IMG/VR virus record: IMGVR_UViG_3300035701_000001
Strand: one strand, 5' to 3'
From: a virus
DNA length: 64,000 bases
Shown: positions 39,345-48,491 of the stretch, one piece after another
Layout of the letters: the number at the start of each line of letters is the position of its first letter
How positions within the stretch are numbered: position 1 is the first letter of the stretch
Notes under the pieces: model-generated
What the model was told of the DNA's origin: nothing
The model's input: the letters and a program-made list of their open reading frames with translations, nothing else
Databases searched by the model: none
Translations under genes and position numbers: made by a program

Positions 39345-39805
39345 CCACCCCACAGATCGACACGGAGGCCATTGCCAAGGCTTTGGGGGCCGAGCGGATG
39401 AGCAGGGAAGACCTTGTCCTGGATCGCATGCGGCTCTCCAACGAACTGGCACGGGTCCACTCGATCCTCGAACTCGTGCGCGACGAGGTCATAGGACTTC
39501 ATCAGCGCCAGGAGTCCTGCAATGAAGCAGCTTGGCATCTGAACCGGGAAGAAGAAGCCATCGACCGGGAACGGCTGAGGGGGAAGGCTTCGGCTTACGG
39601 GCACTCGGCCGAACTCATCGAAGCCGTATTGCCGAAACAGGATCACCACGAAGAACACGAAGGACACGAAGGATCGGACGGACAGGACTCCGCGCTCTCC
39701 GCGTCCTTGGCGGTGGAAAAGACCGGAAAAATCACCACGGAGGACACAGAGAACGCGGAGGATCTGGCTGAACTCCGTAAACTCCGCGATCTCCGTGTCC
39801 TCTGA
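39341..39805 (+). CDS. coiled-coil protein whose C-terminal ~55 aa are repeat-derived
   Basis: ATGA overlap; tail QDHHEEHEGHEG...TTEDTENAE encoded by the repeat. Confidence 0.7.
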   Translation: MTTPQIDTEAIAKALGAERMSREDLVLDRMRLSNELARVHSILELVRDEVIGLHQRQESCNEAAWHLNREEEAIDRERLRGKASAYGHSAELIEAVLPKQDHHEEHEGHEGSDGQDSALSASLAVEKTGKITTEDTENAEDLAELRKLRDLRVL

Positions 39806-39905
39806 GGTGAAAGAGAATGGCAGGATCACCACGAAGAACACGAAGGACACAAAGAATCGGACCGACTGAACTCCGCGATCCCTGCGTTCTCATCGGTGGA
39901 AAAGG
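39638..39905 (+). repeat. REP-like repeat family, locus 5 (A B A' B A B)
   Basis: three degenerate tandem units. Confidence 0.9.
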
Positions 39906-39915
39906 ACGGTGAAAA

Positions 39916-40320
39916 GTGGGTTTTTATACCTTCGAGAAGATCAAGAGGAACCGCAAGGTCTACTGGCAGTGCGTCGTGTGCGGGCGCAACTTCCAGAAAT
40001 CCAAGACGGTCACGCATACCGTCAACCCGTTCAACCGCAACGAGCGAGGAGAGGTCCGGAGCCGAGGAGAGGTCTCCGATTGTGCCCAGGTGGAACTGGA
40101 TGCCTGGGCAAGGTCGATCCCGCCTCTGTGTGGCCATTGTCATGAGAAATGGGAACTCGTCCCCGAGATCGTCACCACGGATGGATTTGGCCATCCAAAC
40201 GGCGTTTTGCACGATGTACCGGTCTGCCGGTTCTGCAGGGCTCGGTCTGGCCATCCCCATGCGGAAGGCTGCGAAGCATTGAAAGAGAAGGAAGAAACAA
40301 TGACTTTGTCGAAGGAGTGA
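39916..40320 (+). CDS. Zn-finger phage protein (start uncertain)
   Basis: CVVCG...TVNPFN; CGHC; CRFC..GHPHAEGC. Confidence 0.7.
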   Translation: MGFYTFEKIKRNRKVYWQCVVCGRNFQKSKTVTHTVNPFNRNERGEVRSRGEVSDCAQVELDAWARSIPPLCGHCHEKWELVPEIVTTDGFGHPNGVLHDVPVCRFCRARSGHPHAEGCEALKEKEETMTLSKE

Positions 40321-40323
40321 AAA

Positions 40324-40617
40324 ATGGCCCAGAGAACGCTGGAAGACGAGTTCCTTGAAGGCCTGTTCGGAACCGGAAGGGTGATTCGCCATTTCATCCC
40401 TCCGCCCGGCACGAGCTTCGACTTCTTCCTCTGCGGAGGAGCCGGATGGGGCACCGAGAACGCACAGAACGTGACCTGTCCGAAGTGTTTGGAGAGACTC
40501 CACGCCGAGGACACCTCGGATGCCCACGCGGTAGAGAAGGCCATCGCCGAGGGAGGAGAGACCTTCTCCCACGAACAAGTCGGGGCGGAACTCGGATTGC
40601 GGAATGACGATGCGTAA
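40324..40617 (+). CDS. small Cys-containing protein
   Basis: SD AAGGAG; LCG...VTCPKC. Confidence 0.7.
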   Translation: MAQRTLEDEFLEGLFGTGRVIRHFIPPPGTSFDFFLCGGAGWGTENAQNVTCPKCLERLHAEDTSDAHAVEKAIAEGGETFSHEQVGAELGLRNDDA

Positions 40618-40843
40618 GACGATCCCCCGCTGCCCGAAATGCGGAAAGGAACCCTGGCAGTACCGGGAGACCGTGACCTTGGAGTGGTTCTTCGAGGTCG
40701 AGAACGGTCAAATCGTGGACCAAGGAGCCACGGACAACGCCACGCACGGACCCCCCGTCACCGCGATGTGCACGTGCGGCCACGAGTGGACACTGCGCGG
40801 GGTGAGCCAGATCATCGAGCTACCCCTACTGGAGAAGGATTGA
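40604..40843 (+). CDS. Zn-ribbon protein
   Basis: CPKCG...CTCGHEW. Confidence 0.7.
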   Translation: MTMRKTIPRCPKCGKEPWQYRETVTLEWFFEVENGQIVDQGATDNATHGPPVTAMCTCGHEWTLRGVSQIIELPLLEKD

Positions 40844-41046
40844 ACCAGCGCCGTGCCAAGAAAGATGCCTGCCATGTCGTTGCCCGGCTGATCCATTCCT
40901 ACCTGGATGTCGGTCAACCTGGAAACGACTGCCTGGATGGAATCCACGGCTGGACCCCGAAAGACGAGAAGAAGCTCACTGCTGCGTTCCAGGGACTCAT
41001 CAATGAAATGGAGCATCGGGCCGAGCTACCGGAGGATGAACCATGA
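40840..41046 (+). CDS. hypothetical protein (TTG start)
   Basis: TTGA overlap, SD GGAGAAGG. Confidence 0.55.
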   Translation: MNQRRAKKDACHVVARLIHSYLDVGQPGNDCLDGIHGWTPKDEKKLTAAFQGLINEMEHRAELPEDEP

Positions 41047-41489
41047 AGCCGGAAGAAATCGACATCCGGATGACTTCCGAGGAGATCGCGACCCGGCGTG
41101 AACGGGCCCAGCGCTATGTCGATGGACGAGAGATCCACCCCTCTCTCTCGTATGTCATCGCGGCGGATGCGGTCCTCCTCTGCAACGAACTGGAAATCGT
41201 CCGCGTCGAGCGCGAGGAAGCAAGGGATCGCGCTGCCCTCCTCAGTGCCATCGTGGGAGGCATCGTGCTCGCGTTCCAGCGTGCTGGATGGACCGAGATC
41301 CCAACCCCCCCCGAACGAGCCGTCGACCTCCTGATTCGACAGCGAGATGAAGCCCATGAAGCGGCCCGATTCCATCGGGAACAGCGGGACGAGGCGATGT
41401 CCGCACTCATCCACGAAGGACACACCGAGCATTGTGCCGCACGACTCGCCTGTGGCGATGGCCAGTGTAAATGCGGGAAAAAGCAATGA
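41043..41489 (+). CDS. coiled-coil protein with C-terminal HC..C..C.C motif
   Basis: ATGA overlap, SD GGAGG. Confidence 0.75.
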   Translation: MKPEEIDIRMTSEEIATRRERAQRYVDGREIHPSLSYVIAADAVLLCNELEIVRVEREEARDRAALLSAIVGGIVLAFQRAGWTEIPTPPERAVDLLIRQRDEAHEAARFHREQRDEAMSALIHEGHTEHCAARLACGDGQCKCGKKQ

Positions 41490-42106
41490 CAATCCAAAAG
41501 AAACCACGAGAAATGGCTGTAGAATGCAAAGCCAATGGATGTTATCGGTTTGCCTCCAACACCCCTGAACGAACCGCATGCGAAGGGGACTGCTGGCTTT
41601 CCAAAGGGGAAGAGACGATTGAAACGGAACCGGACCCCGAAAAAATGGACATCGAGAAGGTACGGAAAAAAACGGCGTTTGTACTGGAGATGGCAGAGAT
41701 ACAGGTTTCGAATGGAGTCTCTCCGAACCTGATGTTTTTCCTGCAGCAGATCGCAACGGCCAACCTCGAATTCTGTGAAGAACTGAAGAAAGCCTACGAT
41801 GCTTCGAAAGAAATCGAACGACAAAGCCAGGAACTCCAGGCCCAGTGCAGAGAGATTTCCCAACACCCAGGTCCCCTGGATACTCCCGAGATGAGGAAGA
41901 AAATCGCTCGGACGACACGCCTGTACGAGGAGTTCCTGCAAAAATACGAGATCCTGGAAGGCATGATCTCGGAGAAGTCGATGACTCGGATCAGCAAGAT
42001 CAACTCGGTCTTCCTCGATTTTTTGTCCAAGGGAGTGATTCCTCCGGTTCCGGAACCTCCTGGCAGAAAACCGGATTCCAAGGATGAGCCGGAGAACGTG
42101 TCGTGA
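41486..42106 (+). CDS. hypothetical protein with N-terminal Cys module and coiled coil
   Basis: ATGA overlap; CKANGCYRFASNTPERTACEGDC. Confidence 0.7.
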   Translation: MTIQKKPREMAVECKANGCYRFASNTPERTACEGDCWLSKGEETIETEPDPEKMDIEKVRKKTAFVLEMAEIQVSNGVSPNLMFFLQQIATANLEFCEELKKAYDASKEIERQSQELQAQCREISQHPGPLDTPEMRKKIARTTRLYEEFLQKYEILEGMISEKSMTRISKINSVFLDFLSKGVIPPVPEPPGRKPDSKDEPENVS

Positions 42107-42990
42107 GGAGGTATGGTTCCCCAAAGGCGTTTTCCCCTTGTCAGAGGCTCGTGGAGCCCTGTGCGGGCAGCGCCGCGCTATCCCTGCACTTCCTGGGTGC
42201 AAAACGCTCCCTGATGCCCTACCAGGGCGGGAAATGGCGGGTTCGGCACTCCCTGGCAACCCTCCTGGCTTCGTTCGGTTCCATCCCGGTGACGGACGTC
42301 GTGCTCGCGGATCCCGGTCCCTGGGGGTTGGTGCTATCCACCGTGCTCAACCCGATCTTGCGTGCGGAAGTCGTCCAGAAACTCGTCCAGATGTCCCAGA
42401 AAGATCCCTGGGGTGTCTTCCAGTCCCTGCAGGGAGCCCCGATTCCGAAAGACCCCGTTCTCTTCGCTGCCGAGTTCCTGTTTCTGCAGCGCCTGTCCTT
42501 CAGCGGAAAGGCCGTGGGACTCTACAGAGACGAGACGTGGTCTTCTCCTGGGTTCAACGCGTCGAGTGCATATGGGCTGAAAGGGACGATCAAGTTCGGA
42601 GAGATTCATCCGATGATTCCCTCGCTTGTCCGTGTACTCCAGTCCTACGACCGAGACCTGGTCCTTCCCCATTTTCTGCAGGTGCTGCACGAGGCAAACC
42701 ACTTCGATGAGACCCTCGGCAAGGACACGGTTGTCTACCTTGATCCCCCCTACGAGCACTCGACGCCCTACCCGAACGGGTCCATGACGCACGCCGAGGT
42801 CGTTGATCTGGCCACCCGCTGGCAGTCGACCGGAGCCAGCGTAGTCGTCTCGGAGTCGAAGCCCCTCCAGGAACTGGTCGATCAGGGGTGGAAGACCCTG
42901 CGACTGCATACCGGTCGAACGGACACCTCGCCGTTCAAGGGCAAGCACGAGGAATGGGTCACCTACTTCCCCCCAAAATCAAAATCCTGA
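42103..42990 (+). CDS. N6-adenine DNA methyltransferase (Dam/D12-like)
   Basis: EPCAGSAA (motif I), PYQGGK, VVYLDPPY (motif IV). Confidence 0.8.
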   Translation: MRRYGSPKAFSPCQRLVEPCAGSAALSLHFLGAKRSLMPYQGGKWRVRHSLATLLASFGSIPVTDVVLADPGPWGLVLSTVLNPILRAEVVQKLVQMSQKDPWGVFQSLQGAPIPKDPVLFAAEFLFLQRLSFSGKAVGLYRDETWSSPGFNASSAYGLKGTIKFGEIHPMIPSLVRVLQSYDRDLVLPHFLQVLHEANHFDETLGKDTVVYLDPPYEHSTPYPNGSMTHAEVVDLATRWQSTGASVVVSESKPLQELVDQGWKTLRLHTGRTDTSPFKGKHEEWVTYFPPKSKS

Positions 42991-43003
42991 TGGAGAGCCG
43001 ACA

Positions 43004-43240
43004 ATGGAGTCTTCAGACCACAGGCATATCGACGATCTTCCCCCCGAAATCCTCCAGATCGTCCGGGACTACCAGCAGATCCGCAACCTGCTCAACGACG
43101 ATACCTGCCTCATCGGTACGAACACGCCCGTCGCGTACCGCCTGCTCATCTTCCTGCAGTGGCTGGAACTGCGGGGTCCGAAGCTCGCGAAGCTCATGGA
43201 GGAGGAGTGGAGGAGGTACCGGGGGGATCAGAAGATCTGA
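43004..43240 (+). CDS. hypothetical protein
   Basis: SD GGAG. Confidence 0.65.
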   Translation: MESSDHRHIDDLPPEILQIVRDYQQIRNLLNDDTCLIGTNTPVAYRLLIFLQWLELRGPKLAKLMEEEWRRYRGDQKI

Positions 43241-43282
43241 AAAGAATGAAAGAACTGTAAAAAACGAAGGAAATCCCAATTC

Positions 43283-43495
43283 ATGTCCGATTCCATCTGT
43301 GCCATCACGGTTGTGCTCGACCACGATCACCGCCCCGAGGAAATCCAGGGGCTCACACAGGCCCTCCTGCAGTTGCGGGGGGTTGCAAGTGTCGAAGTGC
43401 GTCCAACCGACAACCTCGCCGCCATGACGGAGCGCATCCGCTCGGATACCCGCTGGCGGGAAGCCCTGTTCAAGCTCATGACCGAAATGATCTAG
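43283..43495 (+). CDS. small ferredoxin/ACT-like phage protein
   Basis: ITVVLDHD...ALLQLRGVASVEV; SD AAGGA. Confidence 0.65.
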   Translation: MSDSICAITVVLDHDHRPEEIQGLTQALLQLRGVASVEVRPTDNLAAMTERIRSDTRWREALFKLMTEMI

Positions 43496-43504
43496 GAGGA
43501 ACCC

Positions 43505-44089
43505 ATGGAACCAATCTTGTTCGACATTGCACTCAAAATGGTGAAAGCAGGTTTGCCAAGCGTTTTCGTTCAACGTATCTACGATCTCGCCAAGGAAAGC
43601 GAAGGGGTTTCCGATTTCATGCACCTGTGGTTGCAAGCACCGGACGAGGCAGAACGCGAGTCGTGTGTGAATGCGATGCGGGAAGCGGTTGCAGACCGAC
43701 TGATCGCCCAAATCAACTCCAAGCACGAGCCAGTGGGGCTCGACGGACCGCTCAACCGGATGGCCGCCGAGGTGCACCAGACCGCTGTCGAACATGGATG
43801 GTGGGAGGGAGGAGAGAGAAGCCTGGGGGATCAATTCGCCAATTTCCACTGTGAGCTTTCGGAGGCCTGGGAGGAGTACCGCGACGGACATCCGCTCACC
43901 GAGATCCGGATTCACATCGACCCCAAGAAGGGAGAAGGGCCGGTGGGATTCCCCATCGAACTGGCGGATCTGTTGATCCGCGTCTTCGATACGGCAGCGG
44001 CGTACCACATCGATCTCGACCTCGCGTTTTGTACGAAGGCGGCCTACAACAAGACAAGGCCCTATCGTCATGGCGGAAAGAAGGCATAG
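43505..44089 (+). CDS. MazG-like NTP pyrophosphohydrolase (C-terminal domain)
   Basis: HGWWE...HCELSEAWEEYR...ELADLLIRVFD...KAAYNKTRPYRHGGK. Confidence 0.8.
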   Translation: MEPILFDIALKMVKAGLPSVFVQRIYDLAKESEGVSDFMHLWLQAPDEAERESCVNAMREAVADRLIAQINSKHEPVGLDGPLNRMAAEVHQTAVEHGWWEGGERSLGDQFANFHCELSEAWEEYRDGHPLTEIRIHIDPKKGEGPVGFPIELADLLIRVFDTAAAYHIDLDLAFCTKAAYNKTRPYRHGGKKA

Positions 44090-44126
44090 AACCTGTATTT
44101 CCTTGGTTTTTTCTGAGGGTTTCCCT

Positions 44127-44621
44127 ATGAACAACGTCATGATCCCGGCCTGCGACCCGGCACTCCAGCGCGCGTTTAACTGGACGGACCAGCGGGTCCA
44201 TGCTCGATACGACCTTCGCCTGGACTGGAAGCGGGTGAAGAAGGGAACCTGGGGGCGACTGAAAGACGCTCTCAAAGCCATCGACCGAGATCTCTACGAC
44301 GATTGGGACACGCTCTACTATGATGGGTACCGAGTCCGTTGGCGCCATCCACACGGCACGTTGCGCGACGTGTTCGCTGTGCTTCGGAGGAATGGAATTG
44401 AGGAGGTGCGTGGCTACTGTCTCCCATCCGGCTGGAACTGCGGCTGTATGCAGGAAGCAAAGGAGGCGGGGGCAGCACTCGATCTGGGTAGTCCTGACCC
44501 GCGTGTCCAGCCGGACTACCCCCACTGCATGTTCAAGCTGGGAGACGGAGCAGCCTGCGATGCCCAACCCGGAGAGAATGACTGGTTCGTGTGGAAGGCA
44601 GGACAGGAGGAGGTGAGGTGA
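44127..44621 (+). CDS. hypothetical protein
   Basis: SD GAGGG; coupled to the next gene by TGATG. Confidence 0.7.
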   Translation: MNNVMIPACDPALQRAFNWTDQRVHARYDLRLDWKRVKKGTWGRLKDALKAIDRDLYDDWDTLYYDGYRVRWRHPHGTLRDVFAVLRRNGIEEVRGYCLPSGWNCGCMQEAKEAGAALDLGSPDPRVQPDYPHCMFKLGDGAACDAQPGENDWFVWKAGQEEVR

Positions 44622-44977
44622 TGGCGGATTTCGAATGTGTCAGGAAAGAAGGTATGAACCTTGTCATCTGGTGGACGTCCAATGCCGAGGCAGATCTCAT
44701 CGGAGAAGACCCGGAGACAGTGAAGGGCTTTCCCCTGTACCTACGGGATCAGTTCCAGAGCCGACTCGGCCGCAACGGCCGGGGCCGACTCTGGATTCCC
44801 CCGCAATTCAGCCAGGAAATCAAGGGGATACCCTGGCCCGAAGGCAAAGACGAAACCCCTCTCGTCCGGTACTGTGCCAAGGCAGCAGGCATCGTCCTCG
44901 ACGTGCACGATGTCCCAGTCCTGCTAGGGTTTCCAGGTGTCGTGACGGACCTTTCCCTCCATCAGTGGCTACCCTGA
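44621..44977 (+). CDS. hypothetical protein
   Basis: SD GGAGGTGAGG. Confidence 0.7.
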   Translation: MADFECVRKEGMNLVIWWTSNAEADLIGEDPETVKGFPLYLRDQFQSRLGRNGRGRLWIPPQFSQEIKGIPWPEGKDETPLVRYCAKAAGIVLDVHDVPVLLGFPGVVTDLSLHQWLP

Positions 44978-45032
44978 CCTCACCGATGGGAAAGTACGGG
45001 TTCGACAGGGTCGATGGACAAAGGAATTTTGG

Positions 45033-45320
45033 ATGGATTGGCTCATTTCGTTCTTTCTCGTTCCCGTGGTCCTCACGTTCCTGGTCCTCTATGGCTGGGC
45101 CTTCATCCAACTGGGGTTGCCCCTGTTCGCCTGGATGGGTCGTACCTGGAGTCGGCTTGTCGCTCCGATCACCCATGTCCTGGAGTACGGGGTGCAGACC
45201 CGGAGAGAAAAGGCAGTCGTCTGGACCCTCCTCGTAGTATCCCTTGCCTTGGTTTGGTTCTGCATGGCCTCGGGCATCCACGCTTCTCTCTACGAGCCCC
45301 CGGCGACAGTCCCTCCATGA
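45033..45320 (+). CDS. 2-TM membrane protein
   Basis: SD AAGGA; two hydrophobic segments. Confidence 0.7.
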   Translation: MDWLISFFLVPVVLTFLVLYGWAFIQLGLPLFAWMGRTWSRLVAPITHVLEYGVQTRREKAVVWTLLVVSLALVWFCMASGIHASLYEPPATVPP

Positions 45321-45334
45321 ACGGAGGAATCAGT

Positions 45335-45363
45335 TTGACACAACCTGTATCATAAGATAGAAG
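45335..45363 (+). promoter_or_regulatory. Promoter/operator copy 3
   Basis: TTGACAC AACCT GTATCA TAAGA TAGAAG; ATG 45369 follows closely. Confidence 0.65.
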
Positions 45364-45368
45364 AGACC

Positions 45369-45869
45369 ATGGCACTCTCCCTCCTCGACATCACGGACAC
45401 CTCGACGTTTTCCATCTACCTGCTCGTCGCGACGTCCTTTGGCGTCATCGGGGGGGCCATCCTGTTTTTCTCTGTCGTCTTCGCAGGGATGTCCTCGTCC
45501 TTCCATGACTCGGATCGGAGGATTTTCTGGTCCCAGGTACGGTGGGGAGTTGGAACGCTCCTCATGGGGGTCTTCTGGCCTCTGCTCCCGCTTGTTCCCC
45601 TCTACTGGATTCTTCGAGGCTTCCTGCGTATCTCCGGAGTGAGCCCAACGATCGGAACCTGGTGGTACCACCGTCAATTCCAGGCGGAGAAGAGGAAGGA
45701 ACAGCAACAGCGGGAACACCAGGAGCGACAGCGGCAGGAACGGCTGGAACGGAAACGCAAGGAGATCCGGATGGACGGAGCCCTGTCTCTCCCCCAGGAA
45801 GAACAGGGAATGTTGAGCCTGTGTGACGGGAAAAGACCGACAAAAACAAGCCTCTTGGCAGAGGGGTAG
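45369..45869 (+). CDS. membrane protein with charged coiled-coil tail
   Basis: two TM segments; QQQREHQERQRQERLERKRK. Confidence 0.75.
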   Translation: MALSLLDITDTSTFSIYLLVATSFGVIGGAILFFSVVFAGMSSSFHDSDRRIFWSQVRWGVGTLLMGVFWPLLPLVPLYWILRGFLRISGVSPTIGTWWYHRQFQAEKRKEQQQREHQERQRQERLERKRKEIRMDGALSLPQEEQGMLSLCDGKRPTKTSLLAEG

Positions 45870-45873
45870 GTAG

Positions 45874-46050
45874 ATGGTCGACATCGTGGGAATGCGGGCC
45901 TGGTGTGACAGCGTGGAAGAGATATTCCAGCCACGAGAGAGATTGCCAAAGGGGGAGATACCCCGGCAAATCCCGGAGACATTCCTGGCTGCAACCCTCC
46001 GCTTTCTCCGCTGCTGCTGTGACGAGATGGAAAAGGAAAAAAGGTCATGA
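45874..46050 (+). CDS. small hypothetical protein (58 aa, not in ORF track)
   Basis: MVDIVGMRAWCD...EKEKRS*; ends in ATGA overlap with 46047. Confidence 0.5.
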   Translation: MVDIVGMRAWCDSVEEIFQPRERLPKGEIPRQIPETFLAATLRFLRCCCDEMEKEKRS

Positions 46051-46415
46051 GCTTCGTACCCGATCCAGAAGAAGTCGACGCTGCAGTTCTCCGAGGTGAC
46101 GTTCAGTGGCTCAAAGATGCTTTTGAGACCGCCAACGAAGAACGGACGAGCCTGATGCACGAGTTGAGTCGGATGCGCCACGACCCAAAAGCACAGGCAG
46201 CCCATCTGCCTCCGATACCGGTCCTCCTCCGGTATGCCGATGGATCGACCGTCGAGCGCCGAATTGTCCCAGAACACACCTGGTACGGAATTCCAGGGGG
46301 AAATCCACTGGAATGGCAGGGGGAATGCCAGTGGGCCCTCTATGCATGGGACGTGGATCGAAAGGAATATGTTCACCTTTTACTGAAGTGTATGTTGATG
46401 ACCCCGGACCGTTGA
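46047..46415 (+). CDS. WYL-like domain protein
   Basis: VLLRYADGSTVERRIVPEHTWYG...QWALYAWDVDRKEYVHLLL. Confidence 0.65.
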   Translation: MSFVPDPEEVDAAVLRGDVQWLKDAFETANEERTSLMHELSRMRHDPKAQAAHLPPIPVLLRYADGSTVERRIVPEHTWYGIPGGNPLEWQGECQWALYAWDVDRKEYVHLLLKCMLMTPDR

Positions 46416-46447
46416 CCTATGAGACCGAGCTTCAGAAGGAACAAATC

Positions 46448-46636
46448 ATGAAAATTTACCAACGAGTCGAAGTTGTGAAGACAGGCAATGTCCCGATAGA
46501 CACCGTACTTCCAAGCGGAGACCCCTACGGAAAGTTGATCGGGATGCGGGGCGTTGTCGTGGGACTGAGCAAAGACTGCAACGGTGGGTGGATTGTTCAG
46601 TTTGATCATGGCAATGTCTATACGCTGTACGACTAG
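46448..46636 (+). CDS. small SH3/KOW-like beta protein
   Basis: SD AAGGA; RVEVV...GMRGVVVG...WIVQFD. Confidence 0.6.
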   Translation: MKIYQRVEVVKTGNVPIDTVLPSGDPYGKLIGMRGVVVGLSKDCNGGWIVQFDHGNVYTLYD

Positions 46637-46642
46637 CATCTC

Positions 46643-47029
46643 ATGGCAATCGAGGAGGAAAAGGCTTCGATTCCACCTGATAAGAAACGGAAGCCCGTCG
46701 GCTACGTCAACATCGAATCGGGTTCCCTGGCCATCTTGGATCAACGGGCAGTGGGTCTGTGTGCCCGGAGCCATGCCACAGATGTCTCCCCGCTCATGGA
46801 TGGGGAAGTGAACATCGGAAAACACCTCTACTACGCAGGAACTCGCACGCATATACCGATGGCGGTCCTGCTCTTCGAGGCCCTCGGAGGAGATGGCTGC
46901 TTCCCTGTCTACGTCGAGCGGAGAGAAGACGAGTTCGGGCACGTCATCCACCGAATCCTCATCGAGGTCGAGCACGGCCCCAAGGACGAGGATGAGTGGC
47001 AAAAGCGTGTGAAGGGAGAGATTCCATGA
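46643..47029 (+). CDS. hypothetical protein (same frame as 46448, separated by one TAG)
   Basis: VGYVNIESGSLAILD...GGDGCFPVYVE. Confidence 0.65.
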   Translation: MAIEEEKASIPPDKKRKPVGYVNIESGSLAILDQRAVGLCARSHATDVSPLMDGEVNIGKHLYYAGTRTHIPMAVLLFEALGGDGCFPVYVERREDEFGHVIHRILIEVEHGPKDEDEWQKRVKGEIP

Positions 47030-47307
47030 ACGGGTATGAGCCCTGGACCTACGACGAGCGCCAGCGGTGGTGGACGGCCCTGTACGGCGGCCTGCCCGCC
47101 GCAGTTGTATGGATGGAGGCGTTCCAGCATTGGACCGTCGGGTTCAACGGCAAACCCTTGACCTCCTTCTACACCGACAAGGATGACGAACCGATTGCCG
47201 ATCGGACTCACTTCGAGGATCCCATCGAGGCCATCGTTGCCGTCAACCGGGTCGTCTCGGCACTCGGATTCGAGACCCTTCCCGTTCCCAAGAAAGAAGG
47301 TTTGTGA
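47026..47307 (+). CDS. hypothetical protein
   Basis: ATGA overlap, SD GGGAG. Confidence 0.7.
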   Translation: MNGYEPWTYDERQRWWTALYGGLPAAVVWMEAFQHWTVGFNGKPLTSFYTDKDDEPIADRTHFEDPIEAIVAVNRVVSALGFETLPVPKKEGL

Positions 47308-48185
47308 TGGGCCTCTACGATGTGGACTACCCACTGCCTGACTTGAGCGATCCCCCTTCTGACCGGAAGGAAATGGTGCGGCAGATCATGGAGGAGGGGC
47401 TCTTCCAACCGGTCGATTTCACCTCCTGGATCTGGGAGCGGACGCTATTGACTGGCGATCCCCAGTGGTTCCTGGAGACCTCTCCGCTCCCCGACCTCCC
47501 CCTCTCCGCGATCCTCCTCGTCGCGGAGTCCGCCGTGAACGCGGAAACGGACCCCGAGAAGGCACTCGTTCTGCTCTGGCGCTACCGGGGAAGGAAAAAA
47601 GAGACGATGCGCGCCCTTGAAAAAATCGAAAAGGGTTTCGGACCCAGTACCCCATTGCAGGAGGGGAAGAGCCGGACCTCCACCGAAATTGTCCGCCTCA
47701 CCCGTCGCTGTGACGATCTCATGGGCTGGCTCGACCGTGCGCTGCAGGCCCTCGATGCGATCCACCGGGCCCATACATCGGGCGGATGCTGTGATCCGGC
47801 CTGTGCCTGCTGCCTCGAAGAAGACGAGGACTGCGACTGCGGATACTGCGATGCTTCCGAAGATGTGGCAGCCTACGCAGGCAATGTCCGTGAAACCCTT
47901 CTGCACGAGAGGTTGCAGGAACCCCGGAAGCTCACCTGGGTCTGGACCGATGGGACCTGTGGTTCCCAGGCCGACAACGGGGTCCGTGTCAAAGGTAAGG
48001 ACACGAAAGGATGGTCCGTCCTGTACGGGAACTGTCTGATCGTCGCCTTCGCGACGACCCGTACAGCCGCCAAGCTCTGTGCGGAGGAGATGGGGTTCAA
48101 AGAAATTTGGAAGAAATCACGGGAACTGGAACACAACCCCCTCGGGGACTTGTGCCATGGGTTCGGACAGGACGACGAGGAGTGA
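47307..48185 (+). CDS. hypothetical protein with dense Cys cluster
   Basis: CCDPACACCLEEDEDCDCGYC. Confidence 0.75.
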   Translation: MGLYDVDYPLPDLSDPPSDRKEMVRQIMEEGLFQPVDFTSWIWERTLLTGDPQWFLETSPLPDLPLSAILLVAESAVNAETDPEKALVLLWRYRGRKKETMRALEKIEKGFGPSTPLQEGKSRTSTEIVRLTRRCDDLMGWLDRALQALDAIHRAHTSGGCCDPACACCLEEDEDCDCGYCDASEDVAAYAGNVRETLLHERLQEPRKLTWVWTDGTCGSQADNGVRVKGKDTKGWSVLYGNCLIVAFATTRTAAKLCAEEMGFKEIWKKSRELEHNPLGDLCHGFGQDDEE

Positions 48186-48227
48186 TCCTGTCCCTTTTCA
48201 CAGCAACATTTTCCTGCGAGGTTCTCC

Positions 48228-48491
48228 ATGCAAAAACGGCCTGACATCGAAGCGTTCCAGAAAACGATGTACCGTTCGAACGAACTGTTCCCCCACACGA
48301 AGATCACCAAGGACATCTTGGAGATCCTCGCCTACCTGAAGTCTGTGGAACAACAACGCGATGAAGCCCTGATCGCCGTGCGAGAGGATGGATGCCAGGG
48401 CTATCCTCATGTCTGCGAAGAATGCACGTACAACAACCCTTGCAAGCAGCGAAATGTCCTGGCTGCCGAAGACGAGAGGAACAAGCCATGA
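48228..48491 (+). CDS. hypothetical protein with C-terminal Cys motif
   Basis: SD GAGG; GCQGYPHVCEECTYNNPC. Confidence 0.7.
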   Translation: MQKRPDIEAFQKTMYRSNELFPHTKITKDILEILAYLKSVEQQRDEALIAVREDGCQGYPHVCEECTYNNPCKQRNVLAAEDERNKP

